A stretch of 64,000 nt of DNA from Bacteriovoracia bacterium (GTDB taxonomy: Bacteria; Bdellovibrionota; UBA1018; JBFWNL01): the NCBI GenBank assembly GCA_050251055.1, contig JBFWNL010000010.1, positions 32,001 through 96,000 of the forward strand, written 5' to 3'. The position numbers and the translations under genes were made by a program. Each line of letters opens with the position of its first letter. Position 1 is the first letter of the stretch. Under the pieces are notes generated by a model. That model was not told the origin of the DNA, did not search any database, and worked only from the letters and a program-made list of their open reading frames with translations. Below, one piece after another: positions 20,280-30,103 of this stretch.

Positions 20280-21878
20280 ATGCCGAAGAAAATGAACTGG
20301 ACCGGGCAACTCATCGGCGCAGCCGTCCTGCTCGTGGGCGGGGGCGCGATCTACTGGTACGAATATAACTACCTACCAAAGCAGGAGTCCGCGAAAGAAG
20401 AAGTAGAAACGGGCGGGAAAAAACTCATCGACCTCAAGGGCGTCACTCTAAAAAACGTACGCCTCACCGACGGAAGCAAGGTCGTGAACTTCGCCTGCCT
20501 GCCGGGCGAAGACTGCAAAGTGGGCGAAACCAATAACTGGGAAGTAACCTCCTCATTGAACGACCGTAAGTTCCGGGCCGACCGCACCAGCATCAGCTCG
20601 ATGCTTTCGGTGCTGAACAACACGACGGCCAGCGAGACGATCGACCTCAGCACGGACACTCCCGAAACCCAGGCCCGCCTGTTGAAGGAATACGGACTCG
20701 ACGAAGCCACCCGCAAGCAGCCGGGCATGCGCCGCTACGAGTTCACCACCGCCGACGGCAAGGTCCACACCGGCTACCTAGGCGCGATGTATCCCATCGG
20801 TGGCAAGGTGTACGGGCTGCGCGCGGATCCCGAAGGCAAGGTGAATCTCAAGCAGATCCTCTTGCTGCCCAGCAGCCTGGGCGCGAACTTCGACCAAAAA
20901 CTCGGCCACTGGCGGGACAAGAAGATCCTCGACTGGGCTCCGCACGACGTCGTCTCCTTTCAACTGCAGGGGTCGCACGGGAAGATTTCGGGTGAAAAGC
21001 AGGATGGCAAATGGAAGCTCAAGACGTCCGCCGGCGAGCTGCCGGGTGACATCGAAAGCATCGACGGGCTGATGGCCGTGGTGGCGCACATCAACGCGAA
21101 GGAGTTCTTCGCGGAGAAGAAGAACTCCATCCCCGGCAAGAAGGCCGTCGAGATCACCGTGACGAGACGGCGGGAGAAAGCCGCAAACCAGTTGGAATCC
21201 GAACAGCGTACGCTATCGTTTTACGAAGACCGCAAGGATCCCAAAGCGCCGAAAGCGTACGCGGTCGTGGACAATAGCGAAGTGGTGTACGAGCTGGAGC
21301 CGGCGATGAAAGACCGCCTGGACAAGGACGCGAAGTCGCTGCGCCTCTCCAAGCTCATTACGTCCATCGAAAAGCTCGACGTGTCAGGATTGGATTTTGA
21401 AATCCCGGGCCAGGCCACGCCGTTTTCGGTCGATAAAAAAGACGGGAAGTGGAGCGCGAAGGAAAACCCACAGGCCGAGTTGGACGCGGGCAAACTAAAC
21501 GGCCTCGTCGAGAAGCTCGCCGGCAACCGGGTCATCGAGTTCCTCCCGACCGCGCCCGCCGCGGTCGCGCCGGGGCTGGCTTCAGGCAAAGGATTGGCGG
21601 TAACGATCCGCATGAACGGTGGTTCACGTCGATATTTCTTCGTGCAAACGGACAAGGAGCTCTTCGCGAAGGCGGATGCGACGCCTCCGGCGCCCCCGAT
21701 GAAGGAAACCCTGAAACTTGATCCGATGCTAAAGACCGCGCTCCCGTGGTCCGGCGCCGGACTCGCCTTCTTTAAAAAATCGGCGGAAACCGCCAAACCG
21801 GCCGCGCCCAGCCTTCCGCCCGGACATCCGCAAGTTCCTGGGCACGGCGGTGGCTCCCACGACGGACACGGACACTGA
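20280..21878 (+). CDS. DUF4340-domain periplasmic protein
   Basis: N-terminal TM anchor, EYGLD, WRDKKIL and LRLSKL repeat boundaries; usual position after gldG; His-rich tail. Confidence 0.8.
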   Translation: MPKKMNWTGQLIGAAVLLVGGGAIYWYEYNYLPKQESAKEEVETGGKKLIDLKGVTLKNVRLTDGSKVVNFACLPGEDCKVGETNNWEVTSSLNDRKFRADRTSISSMLSVLNNTTASETIDLSTDTPETQARLLKEYGLDEATRKQPGMRRYEFTTADGKVHTGYLGAMYPIGGKVYGLRADPEGKVNLKQILLLPSSLGANFDQKLGHWRDKKILDWAPHDVVSFQLQGSHGKISGEKQDGKWKLKTSAGELPGDIESIDGLMAVVAHINAKEFFAEKKNSIPGKKAVEITVTRRREKAANQLESEQRTLSFYEDRKDPKAPKAYAVVDNSEVVYELEPAMKDRLDKDAKSLRLSKLITSIEKLDVSGLDFEIPGQATPFSVDKKDGKWSAKENPQAELDAGKLNGLVEKLAGNRVIEFLPTAPAAVAPGLASGKGLAVTIRMNGGSRRYFFVQTDKELFAKADATPPAPPMKETLKLDPMLKTALPWSGAGLAFFKKSAETAKPAAPSLPPGHPQVPGHGGGSHDGHGH

Positions 21879-21879
21879 G

Positions 21880-22578
21880 ATGACGGAACTTCGCCAGGAA
21901 AGCGCGCTCGATCCGGTGTACGGTTATTTTCGCTCGCTGCGCGACCTGCTTTGGCGTCCCACGGCGTTTTTTCAAACCCAGCCGGAAAAACTGAGCTTAG
22001 GAGGCCCCTTGGCGTTCGCGCTCGTCACGAACTGGGTCGTCGCGGCCGTCGAATACATCTATGCCCAAGTGTTTCGGGGCATGTCCGAAGGCGTTCTATC
22101 GGTGGCGACCCGAAGGATCGTCGAGGACCTGCCTGAAATCGATGGCATCTCGAGGCTCGCGCGCCAGACCGATTTCGGAGGCCTGTTACGGGCTTGGGCC
22201 GTGAGCGTGACGAAAGTCATCTTCGATCCCTTTTGGACCTTGGCGACGCTGGTCGTTTCGGCATGGTTCATTTTCATGGCCGCGAAGCTGCTCGCCCCCA
22301 AAGCCCAGCCCCGCTTCAACTCCACCCTGCGATTCGTCGCCTACGGCTCCTGTGCCTGCATCCTGAGCGTCATTCCCGTCGCCGGCTCGACGCTGGCTTG
22401 GATTTACGCGCTCGCTCTCACCACGATCGGGGCACGGGAAACCTACCGGACTTCGACGGGCCGCGCCTTCATGATCGTGATCCTTCCCAGGCTCTTGATT
22501 TTCTTGGTGGTTGCCTTGACGCTCGTGATGCTGATGATTTTCTTCGGCTTCATCTTCATGAAATTCCTTTCCGGTTAA
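21880..22578 (+). CDS. Yip1-family membrane protein
   Basis: LLWRPTAFF, TLRFVAYG...IPVAG, STGRA; about five TM helices. Confidence 0.8.
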   Translation: MTELRQESALDPVYGYFRSLRDLLWRPTAFFQTQPEKLSLGGPLAFALVTNWVVAAVEYIYAQVFRGMSEGVLSVATRRIVEDLPEIDGISRLARQTDFGGLLRAWAVSVTKVIFDPFWTLATLVVSAWFIFMAAKLLAPKAQPRFNSTLRFVAYGSCACILSVIPVAGSTLAWIYALALTTIGARETYRTSTGRAFMIVILPRLLIFLVVALTLVMLMIFFGFIFMKFLSG

Positions 22579-22609
22579 CAACTTAGCCCAAATCTGGTAG
22601 TTCGAGCCC

Positions 22610-23245
22610 ATGGTACACAACGCGCTTTCCGGGCACATCGAAGTGGTTTGCGGCAGCATGTTCAGCGGTAAAACCGAGGAACTCGTGCGCCGCCTCAAGC
22701 GCATGATGATCGCCCGCCAAAAAGTCCAGGTGTTTAAGCCCACGATCGATAACCGCTACAGCACGGAACACGTGCAGAGCCACGACGCCAGCCGCCTGGC
22801 CTCACGCTCCGTGGAAAACGCACTCCAGATATTGGAATACGTGGACGACAACACCCAGGTCGTCGGTATAGATGAAGCGCAATTCTTCGACGAAAGCATC
22901 GTCGAGGTCGCCCAGAAGCTCGCGTACCGCGGCAAACGCGTGATCGTCGCGGGCCTGGACATGGATTTCCGGGGTCAGCCCTTCGGCCCGATGCCGCAGC
23001 TTCTCAGCGTGGCCGAGAACGTAACCAAGCTCTCCGCCGTCTGCGTGGTTTGCGGCGGCGTCGCCTCGCGCACCCAGCGCGTGCACCAAAAAGTGGAGGG
23101 GAAGGTCCCCGCGGCTCATGCCTCACAAGTCGTGGTCGGCGCGCAGGAAATGTACGAGGCCCGTTGCCGGTTCTGCCACGAGCCGCACTCGATCAATCCC
23201 GAGAACACCCGCACTACCGGAGTCATGCACGATGCCCACGCCTGA
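22610..23245 (+). CDS. tdk: Thymidine kinase
   Basis: GSMFSGKTEEL, IDEAQFF, AGLDMDFRGQPF, CxxC...YEARCRFC. Confidence 0.97.
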   Translation: MVHNALSGHIEVVCGSMFSGKTEELVRRLKRMMIARQKVQVFKPTIDNRYSTEHVQSHDASRLASRSVENALQILEYVDDNTQVVGIDEAQFFDESIVEVAQKLAYRGKRVIVAGLDMDFRGQPFGPMPQLLSVAENVTKLSAVCVVCGGVASRTQRVHQKVEGKVPAAHASQVVVGAQEMYEARCRFCHEPHSINPENTRTTGVMHDAHA

Positions 23246-24059
23246 GCCCCGCCCCGATCAGCAATACCAAGGGTTCCGTTACCGACTTTCGGAAATGGAG
23301 CACAAATACGGCCCGAACGTGCACATCCTCTCGGATCCGTTCATGCTCTCGCAGCTGGCGAAGCTATGCGCAGAAACGACTCAGCAACCCTTCATTAATG
23401 AGCTGATCGAAGGCCTTTACTCCTCGCTCCTGAAAGTCGTCATCAACCAGGAGTTTCCGGTCGTAAACAAGGCCGTGCGTACGCGCATGGTCGCCTATCA
23501 CCCGGAAGGCGTTTTTGAAGGCCCCGTGCTCGACACCGAAGTCCCGGTCGTCTCGGTAAATCTGGCGCGTGCCGGCACCGTGCCGTCCCATATCTGCTAC
23601 ACCGAGCTCAACTACCTGATGAACCCCGCGCTCGTGCGTCAGGATCATATCAGCATCGCCCGCAAGACCAATGACCAGCAAAAGGTCACGGGCTCGGAGA
23701 TCTCCGGCCACAAAATCGGCGGCACCGTCGAAAACTCGATCGTTTTGTTTCCCGATCCGATGGGAGCCACCGGGGGCACGCTGGTCGAGTCCCTGGATAC
23801 CTACAAAAAGAATGGAAAAGCGCGGAAGTTCATTGCGCTTCACTGTATTGTTACTCCAGAATACCTCAAGAGGGTGACGAAGGCGCATCCCGACCTCGTG
23901 GTCTACGCGATTCGCTTGGACCGCGGATTGTCTCCGGCTTCCGTGCTAGGGACCGTCCCGGGGACCCACTGGGACCAAGAAAAGGGACTGAACGATAAGT
24001 GCTATATCGTTCCCGGCGGCGGCGGCTTCGGCGAGATTCTCAATAACGCGTACGTATAG
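23232..24059 (+). CDS. upp: Uracil phosphoribosyltransferase-like PRTase (divergent)
   Basis: LARAG, PRPP loop PDPMGATGGT, LNDKCYIVPGGGGFGE; start trimmed to ATG 23232. Confidence 0.78.
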   Translation: MPTPEPRPDQQYQGFRYRLSEMEHKYGPNVHILSDPFMLSQLAKLCAETTQQPFINELIEGLYSSLLKVVINQEFPVVNKAVRTRMVAYHPEGVFEGPVLDTEVPVVSVNLARAGTVPSHICYTELNYLMNPALVRQDHISIARKTNDQQKVTGSEISGHKIGGTVENSIVLFPDPMGATGGTLVESLDTYKKNGKARKFIALHCIVTPEYLKRVTKAHPDLVVYAIRLDRGLSPASVLGTVPGTHWDQEKGLNDKCYIVPGGGGFGEILNNAYV

Positions 24060-24068
24060 GGAGCGAAA

Positions 24069-24608
24069 ATGGCCGACCAGCCCGTCGTTAAACCGAAGAT
24101 CCTCATCGCCGAGCCGAAGCTACAGGCGCGGGTCAAGGAAATCGCCCAGAAGATCAACCACGATTATCGCGGACTGGAAATCACGGCCGTTTGCGTGCTG
24201 AAGGGCAGCTTCGTTTTCTTCTCCGACCTGATCCGCCAACTCGATCTTTCCATGAGCTGCGAGTTCCTGGGACTTTCGAGCTACGGCGGCCAGACCACGT
24301 CGTCCGGCGAAGTAAAGATGACGCTCGACCTGAACGAACCCATCGAAGGCCGCCACGTGCTGGTGATCGAAGACATCGTGGACACCGGCCTCACCTTGGA
24401 ATACATCGCGCACGCGCTCAAGGGCCGCAAGCCCGCGTCGCTCAAGATCTGCTCCCTGCTCGTGAAACCCGAGTCGATGAAGACCACCTTGGAAGTGGAT
24501 TACGTCGGCTTCACCATCGGCAACGAGTTCGTGGTGGGCTACGGGCTCGACTACGCGGAGAAGTTCCGCGGGCTGCCGTACATCGGCTACATCGAAAACG
24601 AACACTAA
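24069..24608 (+). CDS. hpt: Hypoxanthine phosphoribosyltransferase
   Basis: VLKGS, SSY, VIEDIVDTGLTL, FVVGYGLDY. Confidence 0.96.
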   Translation: MADQPVVKPKILIAEPKLQARVKEIAQKINHDYRGLEITAVCVLKGSFVFFSDLIRQLDLSMSCEFLGLSSYGGQTTSSGEVKMTLDLNEPIEGRHVLVIEDIVDTGLTLEYIAHALKGRKPASLKICSLLVKPESMKTTLEVDYVGFTIGNEFVVGYGLDYAEKFRGLPYIGYIENEH

Positions 24609-24623
24609 ACCAGAAGATCCACG

Positions 24624-25703
24624 ATGCACATCGAATCACGCGCCCCGATCCGGATCGACTTGGCCGGTGGTACCCTCGACATCTGGCCGCTGTACCTGCT
24701 CATCCCCCACGCGACCACCGTCAACGTCGGTATCGACATGTACGCCCAGGCATTCTTGCGGGGCGAACCGTCCGATCGCGACGTGTTCGTGCTGCGTTCG
24801 GAGGATCTGAACGCGCAGGCTGAGATCCCGGTCGCCGACGTCTATTCCGCCACGGTCGGTCCCGCGCTCGATCTGCACCTACGTCTCCTTCGCCACTTCT
24901 TGCGGCAGAAAAAAGATTTCCCTTCTCGCAAGCCCCAGCGCGTGACGCTTTCCACGAAAGCGAAAAGCCCCGCGGGCGCGGGCCTAGGCGGATCCTCAGC
25001 GCTGAACATCGCCCTGTGCGGAGCGCTCGATACCTGGGTTTCGGAACGCAAATCACTCGATATAGTGAAAGAAGGCGAACGCCTGATCGGCATCGCCCGC
25101 GACGTCGAGTCCCAGGTATTGAAGGTGCCCGCCGGACTGCAAGATTACTACGGCGCCATGTACGGCGGCCTCCAAGCCATCCAGTGGGCGGCCGGCGAGC
25201 ATCATCGCCGTTGGCTGGATCCCGCGATCCTGAAGGAACTCAGCGCGCGGCTGGTGTTGTTTTATTCCGGAAAATCGCGCAACTCCGGCATCAATAACTG
25301 GCACGTTTATAAATCGGTCATTGATCAGGAACCGACGATCACGGCCCGCCTGCGGGCGATCGCCGAAGCGACCTCCCAGCTGGAAAAGAATCTCTCCGGC
25401 ACCCCGGACTGGACGGCGGCCGTCGCGAGCATCGCCGACGAATGGAAAGCCCGCCGCGAACTGGCCCAGGGGATTTCCACCCCCGAGATGGAAACCGCGT
25501 TCGCGGCCGGCGAGAAGCTTGGCGCGCGTGCCTACAAAGTGTGCGGCGCCGGCGGCGGCGGCTGCTTTTTCCTGATGACGGAGAAAGCGGACGAAGCCCT
25601 GCGCCAAAAGCTCGTGGCGCAGATTCCCGCTTCCGCGCCCGACATCCGGCACCTGCCGTTCCAAGCCGTGAACCACGGCTTGGAAGTCCAAGTGCACGCC
25701 TAG
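24624..25703 (+). CDS. GHMP sugar kinase (HddA/fucokinase-like)
   Basis: APIRIDLAGGTLD, PAGAGLGGSS, GLQDYY, KVCGAGGGG. Confidence 0.82.
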   Translation: MHIESRAPIRIDLAGGTLDIWPLYLLIPHATTVNVGIDMYAQAFLRGEPSDRDVFVLRSEDLNAQAEIPVADVYSATVGPALDLHLRLLRHFLRQKKDFPSRKPQRVTLSTKAKSPAGAGLGGSSALNIALCGALDTWVSERKSLDIVKEGERLIGIARDVESQVLKVPAGLQDYYGAMYGGLQAIQWAAGEHHRRWLDPAILKELSARLVLFYSGKSRNSGINNWHVYKSVIDQEPTITARLRAIAEATSQLEKNLSGTPDWTAAVASIADEWKARRELAQGISTPEMETAFAAGEKLGARAYKVCGAGGGGCFFLMTEKADEALRQKLVAQIPASAPDIRHLPFQAVNHGLEVQVHA

Positions 25704-25759
25704 ACTTTACGCCGGAACTGGCTATTTTCCCGATATATATATGGTAGACTTGCCCGGAT

Positions 25760-26656
25760 ATGGTGGCCTCCCGCGGAACCTCCCCTGCCCATCGCCCGAG
25801 CGGCAAATCCGGACACGACGTGTCCGCGCCCAGCCGCTACCTAGGACTGGAGCTATCCGGCGCAAAGAGCGATAAAACCACGCTCGCGGCGCTGGAGTAC
25901 TATCCGCGCGAAAAGAAAACCTTCCTACTCGATATCCACGAACGCATGGGCCGAAGTGATCGGTTGACCGCGGACGAAAATCTCCTGGAAGTGATCGACC
26001 AAAACCGCGCGAACTTGGCCGCGATCGCCGTCAACGTGCCGCTCACGCTCCCGCCCTGCCTGGAATGCACGCGCAAGGTTTGTCCGCACGCCGGGGAGTG
26101 CAACGTGGCCGCGATCAAGTGGATGCGCGATACGATGAAGCGCGTGCCCCGCCGGAACTCCGCCCGCGAATTCACCGCCTACACCCAACGGCCCATCGAG
26201 CTCTGGGTACGCCACCACGTGTTTCCGGAGCTGGCCGAAAAATCCCACTTCGAGATCGATGAAAGCTTCGGCGGCAACAAAGCTCCGCTGGCCGCGCGCA
26301 TGCATTTTTTGAAGCGGCATCTGCGCAACGTGAATTTGCTCGAGGTCTGGCCAAAACTGACGGTGGCGATGATCGCCGAGCGGCTGGATCTGCCGGCCCG
26401 GTTTGTAACGAGCTATCGAGATCTGGAGAAAGGCGCCCATTCGCGGCTCGAGATCCTAGAGCCGCTCATCGAGCACTTTGGGGTGTTTGTTTATGAGAAA
26501 GACGTAAAGACGATGGCCCAAAATCTTTCGGCCTTCGACGCATTCGTCTGCGCATTCACCGGACTGCTCTCCGATTTGGAGGAGTGCGAAAAGCCCCCCA
26601 AGGGGTTTCCGATCGCCTCCGGTTGGGTCCAGTATCCGAAAGCGAGCCATGCTTAA
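25760..26656 (+). CDS. DUF429-like RNase H-fold predicted nuclease
   Basis: YLGLELSG, IAVNVPLTLP, QRPIE, LEVWPK, FDAFVCA; alternative start GTG 25820. Confidence 0.7.
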   Translation: MVASRGTSPAHRPSGKSGHDVSAPSRYLGLELSGAKSDKTTLAALEYYPREKKTFLLDIHERMGRSDRLTADENLLEVIDQNRANLAAIAVNVPLTLPPCLECTRKVCPHAGECNVAAIKWMRDTMKRVPRRNSAREFTAYTQRPIELWVRHHVFPELAEKSHFEIDESFGGNKAPLAARMHFLKRHLRNVNLLEVWPKLTVAMIAERLDLPARFVTSYRDLEKGAHSRLEILEPLIEHFGVFVYEKDVKTMAQNLSAFDAFVCAFTGLLSDLEECEKPPKGFPIASGWVQYPKASHA

Positions 26657-27569
26657 GTTTACGCTGGGTCGTTTGCTCGCTTCCGCGCTCACGCTGGCTT
26701 TCTTGATTCCGCTCACCTTCTTTCTCCTGCGCTTCGCTCCCGGCGGGCCCTTCGATGGTGAACGCGCCTGGCCGGTGGAGATTCAGCGTAATATCGAGCA
26801 GAAGTATGGCCTGCACGAACCGCTTTGGCGCCAGTTCACGAGCTGGGCTTACGATGTGCTGCGTGGCGATCTACACGAGTCGTTTCAATACCTAGGCAAG
26901 CCCGTCCGGGAGATTATTGCCGAAACGCTGCCGAATTCGATCCATTTGGGCCTATGGGCGCTCCTGGGTGCGGTCGTAATCGGCATCGGCTTGGGCTCGC
27001 TGGCCGCGGCATATCGGGGAAGCTGGCTGGACTGGTCCTCGAGTTTCCTAGCCATGGCGGGCATTAGCCTCCCGAGCTATCTCGTCGCCAGCCTCCTGAT
27101 TCTCTGTTTTTCGTTTTGGCTCGACTGGCTCCCGCCCGCGCTGATGGAGGATCCGGGGTCTTTGGTCTTGCCGGCCGTGACCTTAGGGCTACGCCCGATG
27201 GCGATCATCGCGCGCCTAACGCGTGCGTCGCTGCTCGATACGCTCGCATCCGACTATATCCGCACGGCCTATGCCAAGGGATTGAGCCGCTCCATGGTCG
27301 TCTTCAAGCACGCCCTTCGGAATTCGCTCATTCCCGTCGTGACCTTGCTCGGCCCCTTGACCGCGAACTTGATCACCGGATCGTTCGTGGTGGAAATCGT
27401 ATTTCAAATTCCCGGCATCGGTAAGTACTTCGTGACCGCCGTGCTGAATCGCGACTATCCGCTGGTGATGGGAGTGACCCTCATCTACGGGATGATCTTG
27501 ATCGGAAGCAACTTTCTGGTCGATCTGAGCTACGGCTGGATCGACCCCCGAATGCGGAGCGAACGCTGA
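26649..27569 (+). CDS. oppB: Oligopeptide ABC transporter permease
   Basis: APGGPF, DYIRTAYAKGL, KHALRN, NRDYP, IDPR. Confidence 0.93.
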   Translation: MLKFTLGRLLASALTLAFLIPLTFFLLRFAPGGPFDGERAWPVEIQRNIEQKYGLHEPLWRQFTSWAYDVLRGDLHESFQYLGKPVREIIAETLPNSIHLGLWALLGAVVIGIGLGSLAAAYRGSWLDWSSSFLAMAGISLPSYLVASLLILCFSFWLDWLPPALMEDPGSLVLPAVTLGLRPMAIIARLTRASLLDTLASDYIRTAYAKGLSRSMVVFKHALRNSLIPVVTLLGPLTANLITGSFVVEIVFQIPGIGKYFVTAVLNRDYPLVMGVTLIYGMILIGSNFLVDLSYGWIDPRMRSER

Positions 27570-27570
27570 T

Positions 27571-28419
27571 ATGTTCTGGACGCGAACTTGGCAACGTATC
27601 CGCCGCAACCGGACCGCGCTGCTTTCGTTGAGCTTCTTGGCGGCGATTTCCCTCGCCGCGCTCCTCGCTCCCGTCATCGCTCCCTACTCCTTCGATACCC
27701 AGATCATCGAAGACCGCTTGCAGCCGCCGTCGATTGCGCACTGGATGGGAACCGACACGCTGGGGCGCGATCTCTATAGCCGCATCCTTTACGGGGCGCG
27801 GATGTCGCTCGCGGTAGGTGTAATTACGGCGCTTTTCGCGCTGATCCTGGGCACGGTCACCGGCGCGCTTGCCGGATATTTTGGCGGATGGCTCGACCAG
27901 TTGCTGATGCGGATCGTGGATATCTTCTATGTCTTTCCGAGCCTGCTCATGGCGATCCTGCTGATGCTGGTGGTCGGTCGGGGTTTTATGGGGATCTTTT
28001 TGGCTATCGGGCTCGCGACCTGGGTAACCCAGGCCCGACTCGTGCGGGCCCTCGTCGCGCAAGCAAAGGGGTTTCCCTACGTAGAAGCCGCGCGCAGCGT
28101 GGGCGTTCCCCACCTCTGGATTATCGTGCGCCACATCTTGCCCAATCTGCTCGGGCCGGTCATCGTCTCGCTCACGTTCCAGATTCCCAACAACATTATG
28201 GCCGAGAGTTTCCTATCTTTCATCGGCGTCGGTTTGCAGCCGCCGTTTTCGAGCTGGGGAACCCTGGCAAACGAAGGGTTCCGGGCGATGCGCAGTTATC
28301 CCTACTTGATCGTTTTCCCGGGTGGGATCCTGTTCATCACGATGATGGCGTTCAACTATCTGGGTGACGCGCTTCGTGACATCCTGGATCCCACCTCCGA
28401 TGCGGGAAAATCGTTCTAA
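27571..28419 (+). CDS. oppC: Oligopeptide ABC transporter permease
   Basis: HWMGTDTLGRD, YVEAA, RHILPN, GDALRDILDP. Confidence 0.93.
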   Translation: MFWTRTWQRIRRNRTALLSLSFLAAISLAALLAPVIAPYSFDTQIIEDRLQPPSIAHWMGTDTLGRDLYSRILYGARMSLAVGVITALFALILGTVTGALAGYFGGWLDQLLMRIVDIFYVFPSLLMAILLMLVVGRGFMGIFLAIGLATWVTQARLVRALVAQAKGFPYVEAARSVGVPHLWIIVRHILPNLLGPVIVSLTFQIPNNIMAESFLSFIGVGLQPPFSSWGTLANEGFRAMRSYPYLIVFPGGILFITMMAFNYLGDALRDILDPTSDAGKSF

Positions 28420-28421
28420 CC

Positions 28422-30101
28422 TCAATTCTGGTCAATGAACTGAATCCAGACCTCGCGTGCGTCAGTCCTCACCAACACAGCGCGCCCTCTAAGCGTGGTC
28501 GCCCCGGAAGTAACGACGGTTCCGGACCCACCCGGGACCCGTAGGCCCGTACCACGCGTGGTCCCTTTTTGCAGATCGCGCACCACCACTTCTCCGCCGA
28601 TCAATCGCGCGAAGATGGCGTCGTCTCGGTCAGGAAAGAAACCGACCGTGTCGACCGCCTGCGCAAAAGTCACCAGCCGGTCATCCTGTTTGTCCAACCC
28701 GGCGATCAACGCGGTCTTTTCCATATTCCGGGTACCTTCCAGCAGAATCTTACCACCCGCGAAACTCTCGTCTCGGTAGTAGTAGTTTTCAAAACTGCGT
28801 ACATCCAATCCCGTATTGGTGTCGCGAAACCGGGTCACAAAACGATCGGTTTTTTCCTCCCAAGCGAAGTAAGCGGCGTGCACGCTGTCCCCGAACCAGC
28901 TGAATCCAAAAAGCGACTCCCCATTATACATTCGCACGAAATCCAGAACCCGGTGATCGCCGGTAGACAGGATCGGCACCACGTCGTTCGTTAAATCCTG
29001 GCGAGCGTATCGCTTCAAGTCCCGGCTCACCCACTGAATATCGAAAGGATCACGGCCCGAATCAGGAATATGCAGGGAATACGGGGTTTCATGCCCAGAT
29101 TTCAGATCCACCACGGTGAACGAGACGCGGTTTCCGAGCCAAATCGAGCGCTGATCAGGCGACGGGCGAGCGGTATAATAATCTCCCGCCACCTGGAAAG
29201 TCTGCACTTGATTCGTACGCTGGTTTCGCACGACGTACTTGCGTTCGGCGAAGCGAACCAGAACTCGATCGCCGTCTAGTAGCTGATACTGCGGCCATGA
29301 CGGTTCCCACGGCCCCTCCGACTTCCCGGCGACTTCGACGAGGCGATCCCCGGATTCGAGATTGACCGTGACTAACTCCCCTTCCGGGCCCTTGGCCGTG
29401 AGGATCCGTCCGTCCGAGGTAAGCTTGAAGCCCGTCCAACCCACGTCCTTGAAGACGTACTGGGATTTCTTCGACACCGGCCGTTTCTGATACAGCAGCA
29501 CGCCGATCTGATCCAAAAAGTCATGCTCGGTTTCCGTGAGGGCTCCCGCGGCGAAGTGCCCTGCTTCGTGCACCGCGAGCGCGAAGGCTTTGGCTTCGGT
29601 GAACCCGTCTACACCGGTTAAATAAGGAACGCTCAAACGAACGTACCGAGGATCCGCGGCCGGTACGCTCTCGGCACCCACGGTGATACCGGCCTCCTTC
29701 AGTGAAGCCTCCGTTACCTTGATTGCGTCTGGGTTTTGGGAAAACTCTTTAAGGGCCGCTTGCCACCGCGTTCGGTGTTTCGCATAGAAGGCACTCAGCG
29801 CCTTAAGATTCTCCGTTTCGGCGGGGAGCTCGTCCACCGACTCCATGACCTGGCGGGCGGCGATCGCGCCCTGCTTGAAGGTAAAAACCACGGTGCCGCC
29901 GCCGCCCCGGGTGCCAATCGATCCCGACGAGGTGTCGTTCGAAGCATAGTCGCCGCCCGAACCCGTCGGCATCGGTTCGCTCGCCGCCTGATCCCGGTCT
30001 TTCACCCCGGCGCTTCCGCCATTCTTTCCCTGGCAAGCCAGCAAGGTCAGCGCGAAAAAACCGGTTAAAACGTAGCCGGTAACGACCGAAAATTTCTTCA
30101 T
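28422..30101 (-). CDS. Lipoprotein with HEXXH zincin-like domain and C-terminal beta-propeller
   Basis: Lipobox LLAC, GTRGGGGT linker, AVHEAGH, then blade-like repeats (TSDGRI, SPDQRSIW). Confidence 0.7.
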   Translation of the reverse strand: MKKFSVVTGYVLTGFFALTLLACQGKNGGSAGVKDRDQAASEPMPTGSGGDYASNDTSSGSIGTRGGGGTVVFTFKQGAIAARQVMESVDELPAETENLKALSAFYAKHRTRWQAALKEFSQNPDAIKVTEASLKEAGITVGAESVPAADPRYVRLSVPYLTGVDGFTEAKAFALAVHEAGHFAAGALTETEHDFLDQIGVLLYQKRPVSKKSQYVFKDVGWTGFKLTSDGRILTAKGPEGELVTVNLESGDRLVEVAGKSEGPWEPSWPQYQLLDGDRVLVRFAERKYVVRNQRTNQVQTFQVAGDYYTARPSPDQRSIWLGNRVSFTVVDLKSGHETPYSLHIPDSGRDPFDIQWVSRDLKRYARQDLTNDVVPILSTGDHRVLDFVRMYNGESLFGFSWFGDSVHAAYFAWEEKTDRFVTRFRDTNTGLDVRSFENYYYRDESFAGGKILLEGTRNMEKTALIAGLDKQDDRLVTFAQAVDTVGFFPDRDDAIFARLIGGEVVVRDLQKGTTRGTGLRVPGGSGTVVTSGATTLRGRAVLVRTDAREVWIQFIDQN

Positions 30102-30103
30102 AA

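Noticed and set aside
18797-20314. 505-aa minus-strand ORF
   Set aside because: Shadow of the gldG-like gene
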